Shown: positions 19,953 through 30,214 of the stretch, one piece after another | Layout of the letters: every line of letters starts with the position of its first letter | How positions within the stretch are numbered: position 1 is the stretch's first letter | DNA from: Candidatus Multivoradales bacterium | Lineage (GTDB): Bacteria; Acidobacteriota; Thermoanaerobaculia; Multivoradales; J023 | DNA length: 64,000 nt | Assembly: GCA_965248925.1 (NCBI GenBank) | Contig: CBDFLE010000005.1 | Coordinates: 96,001-160,000 of the forward strand | Reading direction: 5' to 3' | Made by a program: the position numbers and the translations under genes | The notes under the pieces: generated by a model | Seen by the model: only the letters and a program-made list of their open reading frames with translations | Database searches by the model: none | What the model was told of the DNA's origin: nothing

Positions 19953-20425
19953 TGGGACACGGTCGATCCAGCTGGTCGGATTCCCTGACGAAGGTGGCGC
20001 GCTCTTTGGTCGCAGTGGTGCGTTCCGAGCTAGCTTTGCTCGGTGACGAGTGGAAGAGCAGTCTGAGTCAGGCGGGCAAAGCGGTGGGCTTACTGCTGGC
20101 TGCGGCGGCGACCGTTCTGCTGACCCTGCCACCCCTGCTAGCGGTGGCCTTGTTGCACGCTCTCACCCGCTGGCTGCCGTTGTGGGGGGCGGCGTTGGTG
20201 ACCGCGGGGGTGATCTTGCTGTTGGCGGCGGTGCCGGCGCTGGTCGGCTACTGGTGGCTCAAGCGCTGGCAGACGCCGGTGCAGAAAACCAAGCTGCGGA
20301 TCGGTCAGCACCTCGATTGGTGGCAGGGTCAAGTGATGGAAGGATCGGCGACTTTGACCGGTGGCAACATGGAAGGAAAGGGTGAAGATGATGCCTCAGA
20401 GCAAGCAAGCTCGACTGCTGAGTAG
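19949..20425 (+). CDS. Small two-TM membrane protein (YqjE/holin_3_6-like)
   Basis: LV…ELAL…E N-terminus then two TM helices. Confidence 0.6.
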   Translation: MMGHGRSSWSDSLTKVARSLVAVVRSELALLGDEWKSSLSQAGKAVGLLLAAAATVLLTLPPLLAVALLHALTRWLPLWGAALVTAGVILLLAAVPALVGYWWLKRWQTPVQKTKLRIGQHLDWWQGQVMEGSATLTGGNMEGKGEDDASEQASSTAE

Positions 20426-20597
20426 TCGGCAGCACTTCGAAGAAGCCCTGGCTGACTTGCAGCAGTCGATGCAGCGAGAGTTGGGCTGGGCGCCGCGAAC
20501 TCGCGCCTGGGTGCTACCAATTCTGGGAGTTAGCTGCGGATTGGCCTTGGCGGGGTTGTTGCGGCGCAAGAAGCGCCGCCAGAAATCCGCCGGTTAG
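20388..20597 (+). CDS. Small tail-anchored membrane protein
   Basis: Overlaps the previous gene. C-terminal TM helix followed by a basic tail. Confidence 0.45.
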   Translation: MMPQSKQARLLSSRQHFEEALADLQQSMQRELGWAPRTRAWVLPILGVSCGLALAGLLRRKKRRQKSAG

Positions 20598-20604
20598 AGG
20601 GCCG

Positions 20605-20793
20605 CTAGTCGGCCATCTGGCGCTTGAAAACCATAGCGATGTTGTCCGTGGCACCGGACTTGAAATTTACCGAGGTCAATCCGACCAACTCCCATCCGTC
20701 TTTGCCGAGGGTGTTGAGTTCGCTAACGTAATTCGGATCGAGGCGGTAATTCTCGCTGCGAATATTGATGATCGTATATTCCCAACGAATCAT
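20605..20793 (-). CDS. DUF4177-family small protein
   Basis: WEY…LN.LG.DGWELV…FKR signature; GGAGG RBS. Confidence 0.85.
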   Translation of the reverse strand: MIRWEYTIINIRSENYRLDPNYVSELNTLGKDGWELVGLTSVNFKSGATDNIAMVFKRQMAD

Positions 20794-21086
20794 GTTTGTC
20801 TCCTCCGCGTGGTGCTGTGGTCAAGAGGCGTGTGGTGGTCAAAAATGGTGTTGCCGCCCGTTGGCGAATGTGGGTATTGGCAGTCAAAAATCCCCGCCTA
20901 GGCCCCATCTTGCGGCTTCCTGGCTGGGCACGCCGGCCGCCAAGCTAGCTCGGTCCCAAGTTGGGAGCACGAGATGGCCACAGACGATGTGTCTAAGCTA
21001 TCACCTACGAGGCGGCCGAGCGAAGGTTCGAACGGCCGACGGTTCTTGCCAGTGACGGCGGCAATAGTCGCTCTAGACACCGGCTG

Positions 21087-21818
21087 GTGACTCTGATGAG
21101 CCCTAAGAATTCCCCACTAGCTATGTCTTACCCGACAACACACTGTGTCGTGCTGTTTACGAAACCAGCCCAGCCGGGAAAAGTCAAGACTCGATTGATC
21201 GGCGAGCTGGATTCTACGCAAGCTGCTGAGCTCCACAGTGCTTTCCTCGGCGATGTCTGCGACTGCGTCAGGGAGGCTGGTGCGTGGCTGCGGGTGGCTT
21301 GGGCGGCGGATGACCCCCGGCTCGCCTTGCCGATCGACTTGACCCCCGGCGCGGCTGAGCATGTGCGCCAGCGTGGGGCCGACCTCGGCCAGCGCTTGTA
21401 TTCTGCTTTGGCGACCGCCGCGGTTGAATTTGAGACCATGTTAGCCCTCGGTTCGGATCATCCGGAGCTTGATCCGAAGATTCTTGAGCAAGCGCGCCAG
21501 CGGCTGGCTGAGGGCTGCGAGGTGGTGCTCGGGCCGAGTTTCGATGGCGGCTACTACTTGATCGGCCTACGGGCAGAGAAGGTCCGGCCGGAGCTGTTCA
21601 GCGATATCCCCTGGAGCACCGCCGAGGTGCTCGAACAAACCCTGCAACGCTGCCAGCGATTGGGCTTGAGAACGGAGTTGTTGCCGATCGGTCACGATAT
21701 CGACGTGGCCGCCGATCTGCTGCGCCTGCAAGAGCGGTTGCGGCAGGGCTACACCGGTTGCCCGCGAACTAGGCGGCTGCTGCAGAGCTGGGGGCGACTG
21801 GCAAAGGAGTCACGATGA
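21087..21818 (+). CDS. DUF2064/TIGR04282-like glycosyltransferase-fold protein
   Basis: FTKPA.PGKVKTRL, Q.GADLG.RL, GSD.P, GP..DGGYYLIG, IPWST, DID. Confidence 0.85.
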   Translation: MTLMSPKNSPLAMSYPTTHCVVLFTKPAQPGKVKTRLIGELDSTQAAELHSAFLGDVCDCVREAGAWLRVAWAADDPRLALPIDLTPGAAEHVRQRGADLGQRLYSALATAAVEFETMLALGSDHPELDPKILEQARQRLAEGCEVVLGPSFDGGYYLIGLRAEKVRPELFSDIPWSTAEVLEQTLQRCQRLGLRTELLPIGHDIDVAADLLRLQERLRQGYTGCPRTRRLLQSWGRLAKESR

Positions 21819-23362
21819 GAGTGCTGAGCGCACAGCAGATGCAAGAGGTCGATCAGCGGGCAATTACGGACCTCGGTATTCCGGGCTGCGTGCTGATGGA
21901 GAATGCCGCCATGGGCATTGCCGACGCCCTGGGCGAGGCTTATCCGACCGCTTCGCGGATCACCGTCCTTTGTGGCCCCGGCAACAACGGCGGCGACGGG
22001 CTGGCCCTGGTGCGCCACTTGGAAGGGCGCGGCTATCGTTGCCGTACCTTCTTGTTCCTTGGTCGTTCGGCAGGGCAGGGCGATGCCGCTCTACAGCTGG
22101 AGATTCTGCGCCGTTGTGGCCTGGAAGTCGAAGAGTTGACCCCGGAAGCCGATCTACAGCCGGTTTTCGCCGCTTGCCTGAAGGCCGATCTGATTGTTGA
22201 CTCGCTCTTCGGCACCGGCCTCGAACGGCCCCTCAAGGGTCATCTCGCCGCCCTAGTGGTTGGCTTGCAAGATTGCCCCGTGCCTCTCTTGGCAGTGGAT
22301 TTGCCGAGCGGAATGGATGCGAGCCGCGAGCAGCCGATCGGCCCTCATTTGGTGGCTGAGCGAACGGTTACTTTCGCCGCTCCCAAAGTAGCCCACGTGC
22401 TGTCGCCAGCGAGGGAGGCTTGTGGGGAACTGGTAGTCACCGATCTCGGCTTGCCGCCGGGATGGGTCGAGAGCGCTGGTGGCAGCCTACATTTGCTGAC
22501 CGCTGGTGAGCTTGCCGGCTACTTGTCGCCCCGTCCCTTGGCCGGCCATAAGGGGAACTTCGGACATTTATTGCTAGTTGCTGGCAGTGCTGGAAAGGCC
22601 GGGGCGGCGGTGTTGGCGGCGCGGGCGGCGATGCGCAGCGGAGTGGGCCTGGTGACCACGGCGGTGCCGGCAGGCCTGCTCGACGTGGTCGATGGAGGCA
22701 GCCTGGAGTCAATGACCCTGGCGGTTGCCGAAACCGCTGAGGGGGGGCTAGCCAAAGCTGCGGCCGAGACCTTGCTCGACGCCGCCGCGGGCAAATCGGC
22801 GGTCGCCGTCGGGCCGGGATTGGGTAGTGGCAGGGAGACCCAGCATGTGATCCGGCGGCTGGCGGAGGAGGTGGACTTGCCATTGTTGCTCGATGCCGAT
22901 GGCCTGAATGCCTTCGCCGGCCGTCTAGCTGAGCTGGCCCGGCGCTCGGCGCCAACCGTGCTGACTCCTCATCCCGGCGAACTCGCCCGCTTGCTCGGCA
23001 CGACCAGCAGGTCGGTGCAGGCTGATCGCCGGCAGGCGGTGGCTCGGGCCGCCGAAAGCAGCTCTGCGGTGGTGGCGCTGAAAGGCCATCAGACTCTGGT
23101 GGCGACGCCGTCGGGCGAGATCTTTATCAACCCGACCGGCAACCCAGGGATGGCCACAGGTGGCAGTGGCGATGTGCTCACCGGCTTGTTGGCGGCACTT
23201 CTGGCGCAGCGCTGGGAAGCGCTGGCGGCGGCGCAGTTGGGAGTTTTTTTGCACGGTTTGGCGGGTGATCTGGCGGCGCGGGAGACCGGCTACGAGGCAC
23301 TAACGGCGAGCGATCTGGTGGCTTTTCTGGCGCCAGCCTGGCGGGTCTTGAGTGATGCCTGA
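21815..23362 (+). CDS. nnr: Bifunctional NAD(P)HX epimerase/dehydratase
   Basis: LMENAA, GPGNNGGDG, DLPSG, HKG.FG, LTPHPGE, GMATGGSGDVL. Confidence 0.95.
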   Translation: MRVLSAQQMQEVDQRAITDLGIPGCVLMENAAMGIADALGEAYPTASRITVLCGPGNNGGDGLALVRHLEGRGYRCRTFLFLGRSAGQGDAALQLEILRRCGLEVEELTPEADLQPVFAACLKADLIVDSLFGTGLERPLKGHLAALVVGLQDCPVPLLAVDLPSGMDASREQPIGPHLVAERTVTFAAPKVAHVLSPAREACGELVVTDLGLPPGWVESAGGSLHLLTAGELAGYLSPRPLAGHKGNFGHLLLVAGSAGKAGAAVLAARAAMRSGVGLVTTAVPAGLLDVVDGGSLESMTLAVAETAEGGLAKAAAETLLDAAAGKSAVAVGPGLGSGRETQHVIRRLAEEVDLPLLLDADGLNAFAGRLAELARRSAPTVLTPHPGELARLLGTTSRSVQADRRQAVARAAESSSAVVALKGHQTLVATPSGEIFINPTGNPGMATGGSGDVLTGLLAALLAQRWEALAAAQLGVFLHGLAGDLAARETGYEALTASDLVAFLAPAWRVLSDA

Positions 23363-23798
23363 GAGGCCGGCGGAGGAGGAGTGGAGCTGGATCTGTATTT
23401 CGGAGGCCGAGACCGAGGCGGTCGGCGCCGAGTTGGCTCTGCGCCTGCCCGCGGACGGGGTACTCTTGCTGGGCGGCGAGATGGGTAGCGGTAAGACCGT
23501 CTTGGTGCGAGGTTTGGCGGTGGCGCTGGGAGTGCCGCGGGCCGAGGTACAGTCGCCTACCTACGCGCTGATGCACGAGTATCAGGGGCCGCGACGGCAG
23601 TTGCTGCATGTCGATCTCTACCGCTTAGAGGGCCATGAGGTCGAATGTCTGGGCCTCGATGAGCTGTTGGCGGGCCCCGGAATCAAGGCGGTGGAGTGGC
23701 CCGACCGGCTGACCAGCGTGCCAACGGCGAGTTGGCGGCTGGAGATTCGCCGGATCTCCGAGGGGCGGCATCTAGTGCTTACTCCGCCCGCAGACTGA
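23355..23798 (+). CDS. tsaE: tRNA threonylcarbamoyladenosine biosynthesis ATPase
   Basis: GEMGSGKT, VQSPTY, HVDLYRL, VEWP. Confidence 0.93.
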   Translation: MPERPAEEEWSWICISEAETEAVGAELALRLPADGVLLLGGEMGSGKTVLVRGLAVALGVPRAEVQSPTYALMHEYQGPRRQLLHVDLYRLEGHEVECLGLDELLAGPGIKAVEWPDRLTSVPTASWRLEIRRISEGRHLVLTPPAD

Positions 23799-23815
23799 TA
23801 CGATAGACGGCTCTT

Positions 23816-24820
23816 ATGGACGACACCCAAACCACTCAGCCCGTGGCGCAGATGACTCTTCCGGAGGTCGGGCTGGAGCAGCTCTTCGGTCCCCGCGATC
23901 AGAACCTGAAGCGCATTGAGCGGGCCTTTGGCGTCCGCTTGGCGGCTCGGGGTAGTGATTTGCGCATCGACGGCGAGCCTGCCACGGTGGCCGCCGCGGA
24001 GCGCCTGATCGCCCAGCTTGCCGAGTTAGCGCGGCGTGGGATGCGCTTTCGCCAGCAGGATATCGCCACCGCCTTGCGAGTAGCGCTGCAAGCGCCGGAG
24101 CAATCGCTGATCGACTTTTTCGAGCCCAAGGACGAGGCCCTGGCCGCGGTTCGCCGGCTAGTGCAGCCCCGGGGTCTCAACCAATTTCTCTACCTGAAGT
24201 CGATGGTCGAGCACGACATCGTCATCTCGATCGGGCCCGCTGGCACCGGCAAGACTTTCCTGGCGGTGGCGATGGCGGCGGTGGCCTTGGTAGAGAAAAA
24301 GGTGCGCCGAATCGTGCTGGCCCGCCCGGCAGTGGAGGCGGGCGAGAAGCTGGGCTTTCTGCCCGGCGATCTGGCCGACAAAGTCAATCCTTATCTGCGG
24401 CCGTTGTACGACGCACTGCACGATTTGGTGGGTTTCGACAAGGTAAGCCGGTTGATGGAGCGGGGGGTCATTGAGGTGGCGCCGCTCGCTTTCATGCGTG
24501 GTCGGACCTTGAACGAGAGCTTCATTATTCTGGATGAGGCGCAAAACACCACCAGCGAGCAGATGAAGATGCTTCTCACTCGCATCGGCTATGGTTCGCA
24601 GGCGGTGATCAATGGCGATGTGACGCAGATCGATCTCGCCCGCGGCCTGGTCTCGGGCTTGCGCGAGACCGAGACCATCTTGGCCGGCGTCGAGGGGATT
24701 CGTTTTGTTTACTTCGACAAGGCTGACGTGGTCCGCCATCCTTTGGTGGGGGAAATCGTCGCCGCTTACGATGCCTGGGACGAAAGCCGTCGGCAAGGGG
24801 TCGCGGAGCTGAGCCGATGA
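23816..24820 (+). CDS. phoH: PhoH-family ATPase (YbeZ-like)
   Basis: GPAGTGKT, RPAVEAGEKLGFLPGD, PLAFMRGRT, LDEAQN, VVRHPLV. Confidence 0.95.
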   Translation: MDDTQTTQPVAQMTLPEVGLEQLFGPRDQNLKRIERAFGVRLAARGSDLRIDGEPATVAAAERLIAQLAELARRGMRFRQQDIATALRVALQAPEQSLIDFFEPKDEALAAVRRLVQPRGLNQFLYLKSMVEHDIVISIGPAGTGKTFLAVAMAAVALVEKKVRRIVLARPAVEAGEKLGFLPGDLADKVNPYLRPLYDALHDLVGFDKVSRLMERGVIEVAPLAFMRGRTLNESFIILDEAQNTTSEQMKMLLTRIGYGSQAVINGDVTQIDLARGLVSGLRETETILAGVEGIRFVYFDKADVVRHPLVGEIVAAYDAWDESRRQGVAELSR

Positions 24821-24883
24821 TCGGCCGCGCCGCGTTCGGTGGCGGTGCTGTCAGTGATGTAGAGTAGGTAGGTATCCGGAGCG

Positions 24884-27382
24884 ATGCCCAACAACAAAAA
24901 TAATAGCAAGAGCCAACGCGGCAAGAGTCAGAGCCTGAAGGCGACCGGCAGCCGAGCGCCGAAATCGGCGGTACGCAGTGCCTCGCGCAGTCTCTCTCCC
25001 CGCCGCCGGCCGACCCGCGGTCTGCCGCTGGTGCGCTACCGCTTGCGCCAGATGTGGCGAGAATTGCTCGAAATGCGCATGCTTTGGGTTTCCCTCTTTG
25101 TCCTGGTGGGGATCTGGAGCGTTCTTCCGCGGGCGCTTTTCCTGTTGCCGCTGGCCGAGAGCGGCGCCATCGCCAACCGCACCTACATCGCCGATCGTGG
25201 TTTGGCGGTCGCCAATGAAGCAGCTACGGCAGAAGTTCAGGAGCGAGCACGGGAAGAGGTTGTGCCGGTCTACAGCCTCGATCTCGATGTCGAGAAGATT
25301 CGCCGACAACAGATCGCCGAGTTGTTCCGCTCTGGCCGGGCGGCCCAAGCGAAGGCGGTGGAACTCGGTGGCACCGCCTCTGTCTTAGCCGAAGACGAAG
25401 CCTGGCCTGCCGGCGGCGCCTTACTCGATCAACTGGTAGAAGCCAGCGCGATCAATCTGAATTCGGCGCAGGTCGAGCTGGTGGTACGCAGAGGATTCTC
25501 GGTCGAGCTGGAAGATCGCCTCAGCGGTCTGTTCAGCCGCCTTCTTAGACGTGGCGTGGTGGCCAACAAGCAAGCGTTGCTTGAGCATCGGGCACGTGGG
25601 GTTATTGTTCGCGAAATGCCTTCCGGCGAGCAGAGTCTGCAACTCGACCTCTACCGCTACTTCAGCTACCCGGACGAGGTGCGGCAGACCGTTGACGAGG
25701 TGCTGCGCAGTTGGAGCGACCTCAAGTCCAGCGAGCGCCAAGTGTTGGTCGATTTGGTGGTCGAGACCCTGACTCCGAATCTGGCCATCGACAGTGGTGA
25801 GACCCTGCGCCTGCGTTCGCAAGCGGCTGAGGATGCCGGCACGGTGTCACGCAGGATCCGCCAGGGTGAGGTGATCGTCCGCCGCGGTGACCAGATCGAC
25901 GAGGTGGCGGCGCAAGCGATTCGCGCCATGTCCGGTTCGCGGGACCTCCCTCGGCTGCTGCTATCCGGAGCCGGAGTGGTGCTGATGCTGATCGCCATGG
26001 CGGTGCTGCTGTGGACGGTGGTGGGGCACCAGCAGCGCAGCGATCGCAGCCGGGGTCGCCTGTTCAGCGAGTGCCTGCTTTTGTTGCTGGTACCGCTCCT
26101 GGCGACCCGTTTTGCCTTCTTTGTCGCCGTGGCGCTGGCCAACGCCATCGAACACACCCCCTTCAGCTCTATAGCCAGCTACACCTATGCCATCCCCTTT
26201 GGTGCTCTGGCCTTGGTGGCGGTACTGCTCTATGGGCGCGATATTGCTCTCGTACTGTCCCTGGTGTTCGCCTTGGTGGTCGGGCGAATTGCCGGTGGCG
26301 AGGTGGCCTGGCTGATCACCGTCTACAGTCTGGCGGGGTCGTTGGCGGCGATCTACGCTCTCGATCAGGTTCACTTCCGCCAGCGCTCTGTCATCAGCCT
26401 GGCCGGCCTGGCGGTGGCGATCGTCAATGTGGTGGCGATCCTCACCTTGAAGATGCTCGAGGGGGATACCGCGGGAGGGGCGGCGCAGCTTGGCTTTGAT
26501 CTGCTGTGTGCCTTCTCCGGCGGCTTGATCGCCGCCACGCTGACCAGTTTCGCGGTGCCGATACTAGAGAATCTACTGTCGATCACCACCCGCATCAAGC
26601 TGGTCGAGTTAGCCAACCCCAACCTGCCCCTGCTGCGCCGGCTGGCGTTGGAGGCACCGGGCACCTTTCAGCACTCGCTGGCGGTAGCCAACTTGGCGAC
26701 CGCAGGCTGCGACGCCATCGACGCCGACTCGCTGATGGTCAACACCTGCGCCCTCTACCACGATATCGGCAAACTGCTGCGGCCCAACTACTTTGTCGAA
26801 AATCAGAAGCCAGGACGTAATCCGCACGACAAGATTCAGCCGTCGATGAGCGCTTTGATTCTGATCAACCACGTCAAAGAAGGCGCCGAATTGGCCCAGC
26901 AATCGCACTTGCCGACGCCGATTCTCGACGGCATCGAGCAGCACCACGGCACGCGCCTGATCAAGTTCTTCTACAATCGTGCCAAGGAGCGCTGTGAGCG
27001 GGGAGGTGAAGGGGTCCGCGAAGAGGATTTTCGCTATTCCGGTCCGATGCCGCAGAGCAAGGAGATGGGGGTGCTGATGCTGGCCGATGCGGTCGAAGCC
27101 GCTAGCCGGACTCTGGACAGCCCCAGCCGGCAGAGAGTGCGCAGCCTGTTGGAGCAGATTTTTGATGCTTGCTTGCAGGACAACCAGTTGGAAGACACCG
27201 ATTTGACCCTTGGCGACCTACGCCGCGTTCGTGATGCTTTTCAGCGGGTATTGATGAACATCCATCACCGCCGGGTAGACTATCCGGGCTTCGATTTCAA
27301 CCGTGCCCCGGACCCCAAGCCGCGCCAGCAGAGCGGCGAGGACCGGCCAACCCAGACCTCGGTGGGCCGCAAGGCCAGCTGA
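24884..27382 (+). CDS. 7TM-HD(IG) phosphohydrolase (PgpH-like)
   Basis: Extracellular domain, multiple TMs, APGTFQHS, YHDIGK, FVENQ, HHGT, ADAVEAASR. Confidence 0.9.
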   Translation: MPNNKNNSKSQRGKSQSLKATGSRAPKSAVRSASRSLSPRRRPTRGLPLVRYRLRQMWRELLEMRMLWVSLFVLVGIWSVLPRALFLLPLAESGAIANRTYIADRGLAVANEAATAEVQERAREEVVPVYSLDLDVEKIRRQQIAELFRSGRAAQAKAVELGGTASVLAEDEAWPAGGALLDQLVEASAINLNSAQVELVVRRGFSVELEDRLSGLFSRLLRRGVVANKQALLEHRARGVIVREMPSGEQSLQLDLYRYFSYPDEVRQTVDEVLRSWSDLKSSERQVLVDLVVETLTPNLAIDSGETLRLRSQAAEDAGTVSRRIRQGEVIVRRGDQIDEVAAQAIRAMSGSRDLPRLLLSGAGVVLMLIAMAVLLWTVVGHQQRSDRSRGRLFSECLLLLLVPLLATRFAFFVAVALANAIEHTPFSSIASYTYAIPFGALALVAVLLYGRDIALVLSLVFALVVGRIAGGEVAWLITVYSLAGSLAAIYALDQVHFRQRSVISLAGLAVAIVNVVAILTLKMLEGDTAGGAAQLGFDLLCAFSGGLIAATLTSFAVPILENLLSITTRIKLVELANPNLPLLRRLALEAPGTFQHSLAVANLATAGCDAIDADSLMVNTCALYHDIGKLLRPNYFVENQKPGRNPHDKIQPSMSALILINHVKEGAELAQQSHLPTPILDGIEQHHGTRLIKFFYNRAKERCERGGEGVREEDFRYSGPMPQSKEMGVLMLADAVEAASRTLDSPSRQRVRSLLEQIFDACLQDNQLEDTDLTLGDLRRVRDAFQRVLMNIHHRRVDYPGFDFNRAPDPKPRQQSGEDRPTQTSVGRKAS

Positions 27383-27400
27383 GCGGATCCAACCCACCCT

Positions 27401-27877
27401 TTGACTCAGGATACAGGTCCATCTAAGCCGCCCAGCGAAAGCGCTGAAACATCGCCTCGCGAGGTGACGATTCAGAACCCCTCGCGCTACCCGGATAGCA
27501 CCGTCCGCCAGCTGCGGCCGTGGCTGCAAGCCGCCCTCGACCAAGTGGCGCCGGCGAGGGGTGACTTCACAGTCCGATTCGTCAACGACCGGAAGATGCG
27601 CCAGCTCAACTCGACCTACCGCCAGCGAGATAGCACCACCGATGTGCTGAGCTTTCCTGGCGATGCCTCAGCCCTTGGGCCACATTTAGGCGATGTGGTG
27701 ATCTCGGTGCCGGTCGCTCGCCGACAGGCAGTGGTTGCTGGCCATCCGGTGCAGCGCGAGCTGCGTTTGCTGATCCTGCACGGCATACTGCACTGCCTGG
27801 GCCACGATCACGAGACCGATGATGGCCAGATGGAGCAGGCCGAGGGTCGCTGGCGGCAGAGGTTGCTCGATGGCTGA
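27401..27877 (+). CDS. ybeY: rRNA maturation endoribonuclease YbeY
   Basis: LN..YR..D..TDVLSF, LGDVVIS, HGILHCLGHDH. Confidence 0.93.
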   Translation: MTQDTGPSKPPSESAETSPREVTIQNPSRYPDSTVRQLRPWLQAALDQVAPARGDFTVRFVNDRKMRQLNSTYRQRDSTTDVLSFPGDASALGPHLGDVVISVPVARRQAVVAGHPVQRELRLLILHGILHCLGHDHETDDGQMEQAEGRWRQRLLDG

Positions 27878-29153
27878 GTGGCTATTCCAGGTTCCCAGCT
27901 GGCTGCAAGGTTGGGCAGTTGGCCTGGGTATCCCCCTGCTGGTGCTGCTGCTGGTGAGTTCGGCGTTGATCGAGCGCAGTGGACCGATCCGCCTACGCCA
28001 TTGGGCAGAAGAAGCCGGCGGCAAGCTGCGCCTGCTCTACGGCGCACCGCGCCAGCTCGAGACCTTCCGCCTTTGGATAGCGCTGGCCGCGCGACTCGCG
28101 CCCCTGTTGCTGTGGGCCGCACTCAGTGGATTCTTGCGCGGCGCGGTGACCCGACCACTGCTGGTCGCTGGCGTGGCGGTGGCCTTGGTGGTGACCGCCA
28201 CCGAGCTGCTCAACAGATTCTTGGTCGAGCTGTATGCCGAGGCCAGCTTGCGCCGCTTGACGCCCCTGTACGTGGCTTTACGCTGGTTGCTTCTGCCGGC
28301 GATCTTCTTCGCCAGTTGGCTAGTTCCCGACAGTCGGGATGCTGACGAAGAGCCTGAAGACGAAGTTTCGGAAGACGAGCTTGAGGCCTTTATCGACGTC
28401 GGTCGTCGCGAGGGAATTCTGGAGAAAGGCGAAGGTGAGCTGCTGCAGTCGATCGTCGATTTCGGCGATACCCAGGCCAAGAGCGTGATGACTCCAAGGG
28501 TAGAGATCGTCTGCGCGCCGCTCGGCTCCAGCATCGAGCAGCTGGCCGAACTGTTCTTCGAGTCCAAGCATTCTCGGCTGCCGCTGTATCGTGATGCTAT
28601 CGACCAGATCGTTGGCGTGCTGCACATCCGCGATTTATTCGAGGCCTCACGCCGCTCTGAAGCTGAGTTCGATGCCGCGCCGCTCACCAAATCGCCCCAC
28701 TTCGTACCCGAATCCAAACCCCTCGATGATTTGCTCCGCGAACTACAGAGTCGCAGCTTGCAAATGGCGATCGTGGTCGATGAGTACGGGGGAGTGGCCG
28801 GGTTGGTCACCGTCGAAGATCTGCTTGAAGAGATCGTCGGCGAGATCAACGACGAGCACGAGAAGGAACTGGTAGAGCCCCAAGCCCTCGATGGCGGAGG
28901 CTGGCGCCTCGAAGGCCGCACCGACCTCGACCAGATTGAACCTCTCTGTGGCGTCGATCTGAGCGAGTTGCCCTATGAGACGGTCAGCGGTTTAGTCTGT
29001 GGCGAATTGGGCTTTGTGCCCAAGAGTGGCGCCTCCTTCACCACCCACGGTTTGCGCTTCTCGGTCGAAGAAGCCGACCAGCGCCGGGTCACCTTGCTCA
29101 CTGTGCGGCAACATGAACCGGTGACCGCGAGCGGCCGCCCGGAGAGCGAATGA
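27870..29153 (+). CDS. Hemolysin/CorC-family CBS-domain membrane protein
   Basis: TM region, VMTPR, HSRLPLY, VVDEYGG..GLVT.EDLLEEIVGEI, CorC C-terminal domain. Confidence 0.9.
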   Translation: MAEWLFQVPSWLQGWAVGLGIPLLVLLLVSSALIERSGPIRLRHWAEEAGGKLRLLYGAPRQLETFRLWIALAARLAPLLLWAALSGFLRGAVTRPLLVAGVAVALVVTATELLNRFLVELYAEASLRRLTPLYVALRWLLLPAIFFASWLVPDSRDADEEPEDEVSEDELEAFIDVGRREGILEKGEGELLQSIVDFGDTQAKSVMTPRVEIVCAPLGSSIEQLAELFFESKHSRLPLYRDAIDQIVGVLHIRDLFEASRRSEAEFDAAPLTKSPHFVPESKPLDDLLRELQSRSLQMAIVVDEYGGVAGLVTVEDLLEEIVGEINDEHEKELVEPQALDGGGWRLEGRTDLDQIEPLCGVDLSELPYETVSGLVCGELGFVPKSGASFTTHGLRFSVEEADQRRVTLLTVRQHEPVTASGRPESE

Positions 29154-30136
29154 TGTCCGATAGGTCCGAAATGAAAGAACCTGAAGTCCCTCCTGCCGAC
29201 CTGTCCACCGCCGAGCAGCCCTCGGTGGAGACCGCGAAAGTCGGTACCGTAGTTCTGGTCGGCCGGCCCAATGCTGGCAAGTCGACCTTGATGAACTCTT
29301 TGCTCGGGGAGAAGGTGGCGATAGTTTCCGCCAAGCCCCAGACCACCCGCCACCGGATCGTTGGCATCTTGAGCGAGTCCCGCGGCCAGATCGTCTTCTA
29401 CGACACTCCGGGAGTGCACCGGCCGCAGCATCGGATGAACAGCCGCATGCTCCGCGCGGCCAAAGATGCGCTGCTCGATGCCGACGTCGTCTGTCTGCTG
29501 CACGACACCTCCAAGCCCTTCGGCAAAGGCGATCGTTTCTTACTCGATTGGGTGCAGCAAGTGCCCGGCCGGCGGATCGCCGTACTCAACAAAGTCGATC
29601 TGCTGCAAAAGCCCAAACTGCTGCCGCGGATCCAGCTTTACGCCGAGAGCGGCGCCTTCGAAGAGATCGTGCCCTTGTCGGCCCTGACCGGCGACGGCGC
29701 CGAGCTGCTACTTGGCCTGCTCTGGCAGCGGTTGCCGGAGGGCCCACCGCTGCACGATCCCGAACTGTTGACCGTCCATCCAGAGCGCTTTCTGGTGGCT
29801 GAGCGGATTCGCGAAAAAGTCCTCGAAAGGACCCGCGACGAGTTGCCCTTCGCCACCGCCGTGGTGATCGACTCCTGGGAGCAGCGCGACGACGGCCTGC
29901 TGCTGATCCACGCCTCCATTCTGGCCGAGCGCGAGGGACAGAAGAGGATCCTGGTCGGCGCTGGCGGCCGCCAGATCAAGGCCATCGGCACGGCCGCCCG
30001 CCGCGACCTACAAGACTACCTCGGCCAGAAGATTTTCCTCGACCTGCGGGTGCGGGTGGAGCAGGACTGGCGGGAAGATCAGCGCATCTTGGCCGATCTC
30101 GATCGAGAGCCGTTGGCTACTGATTTTAGTGGCTGA
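29150..30136 (+). CDS. era: GTPase Era
   Basis: GRPNAGKSTL, KPQTTR, DTPG, NKVD, KH domain. Confidence 0.95.
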   Translation: MMSDRSEMKEPEVPPADLSTAEQPSVETAKVGTVVLVGRPNAGKSTLMNSLLGEKVAIVSAKPQTTRHRIVGILSESRGQIVFYDTPGVHRPQHRMNSRMLRAAKDALLDADVVCLLHDTSKPFGKGDRFLLDWVQQVPGRRIAVLNKVDLLQKPKLLPRIQLYAESGAFEEIVPLSALTGDGAELLLGLLWQRLPEGPPLHDPELLTVHPERFLVAERIREKVLERTRDELPFATAVVIDSWEQRDDGLLLIHASILAEREGQKRILVGAGGRQIKAIGTAARRDLQDYLGQKIFLDLRVRVEQDWREDQRILADLDREPLATDFSG

Positions 30137-30214
30137 AACAGCACTTTTTGTCCTGAGGGTCTGACCAGTCTTGCCGCCGCTGTCATCCCACCCCATGCTA
30201 CGATCGCGAATCTC

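Noticed and set aside
19949-20425. Holin-like gene as evidence of a prophage
   Set aside because: This YqjE-like family is commonly chromosomal, and there are no phage genes nearby.
20794-21086. Intergenic region with short GTCAA repeats as an ncRNA or operator array
   Set aside because: The repeats are short and irregularly spaced, and I could not support a structure.
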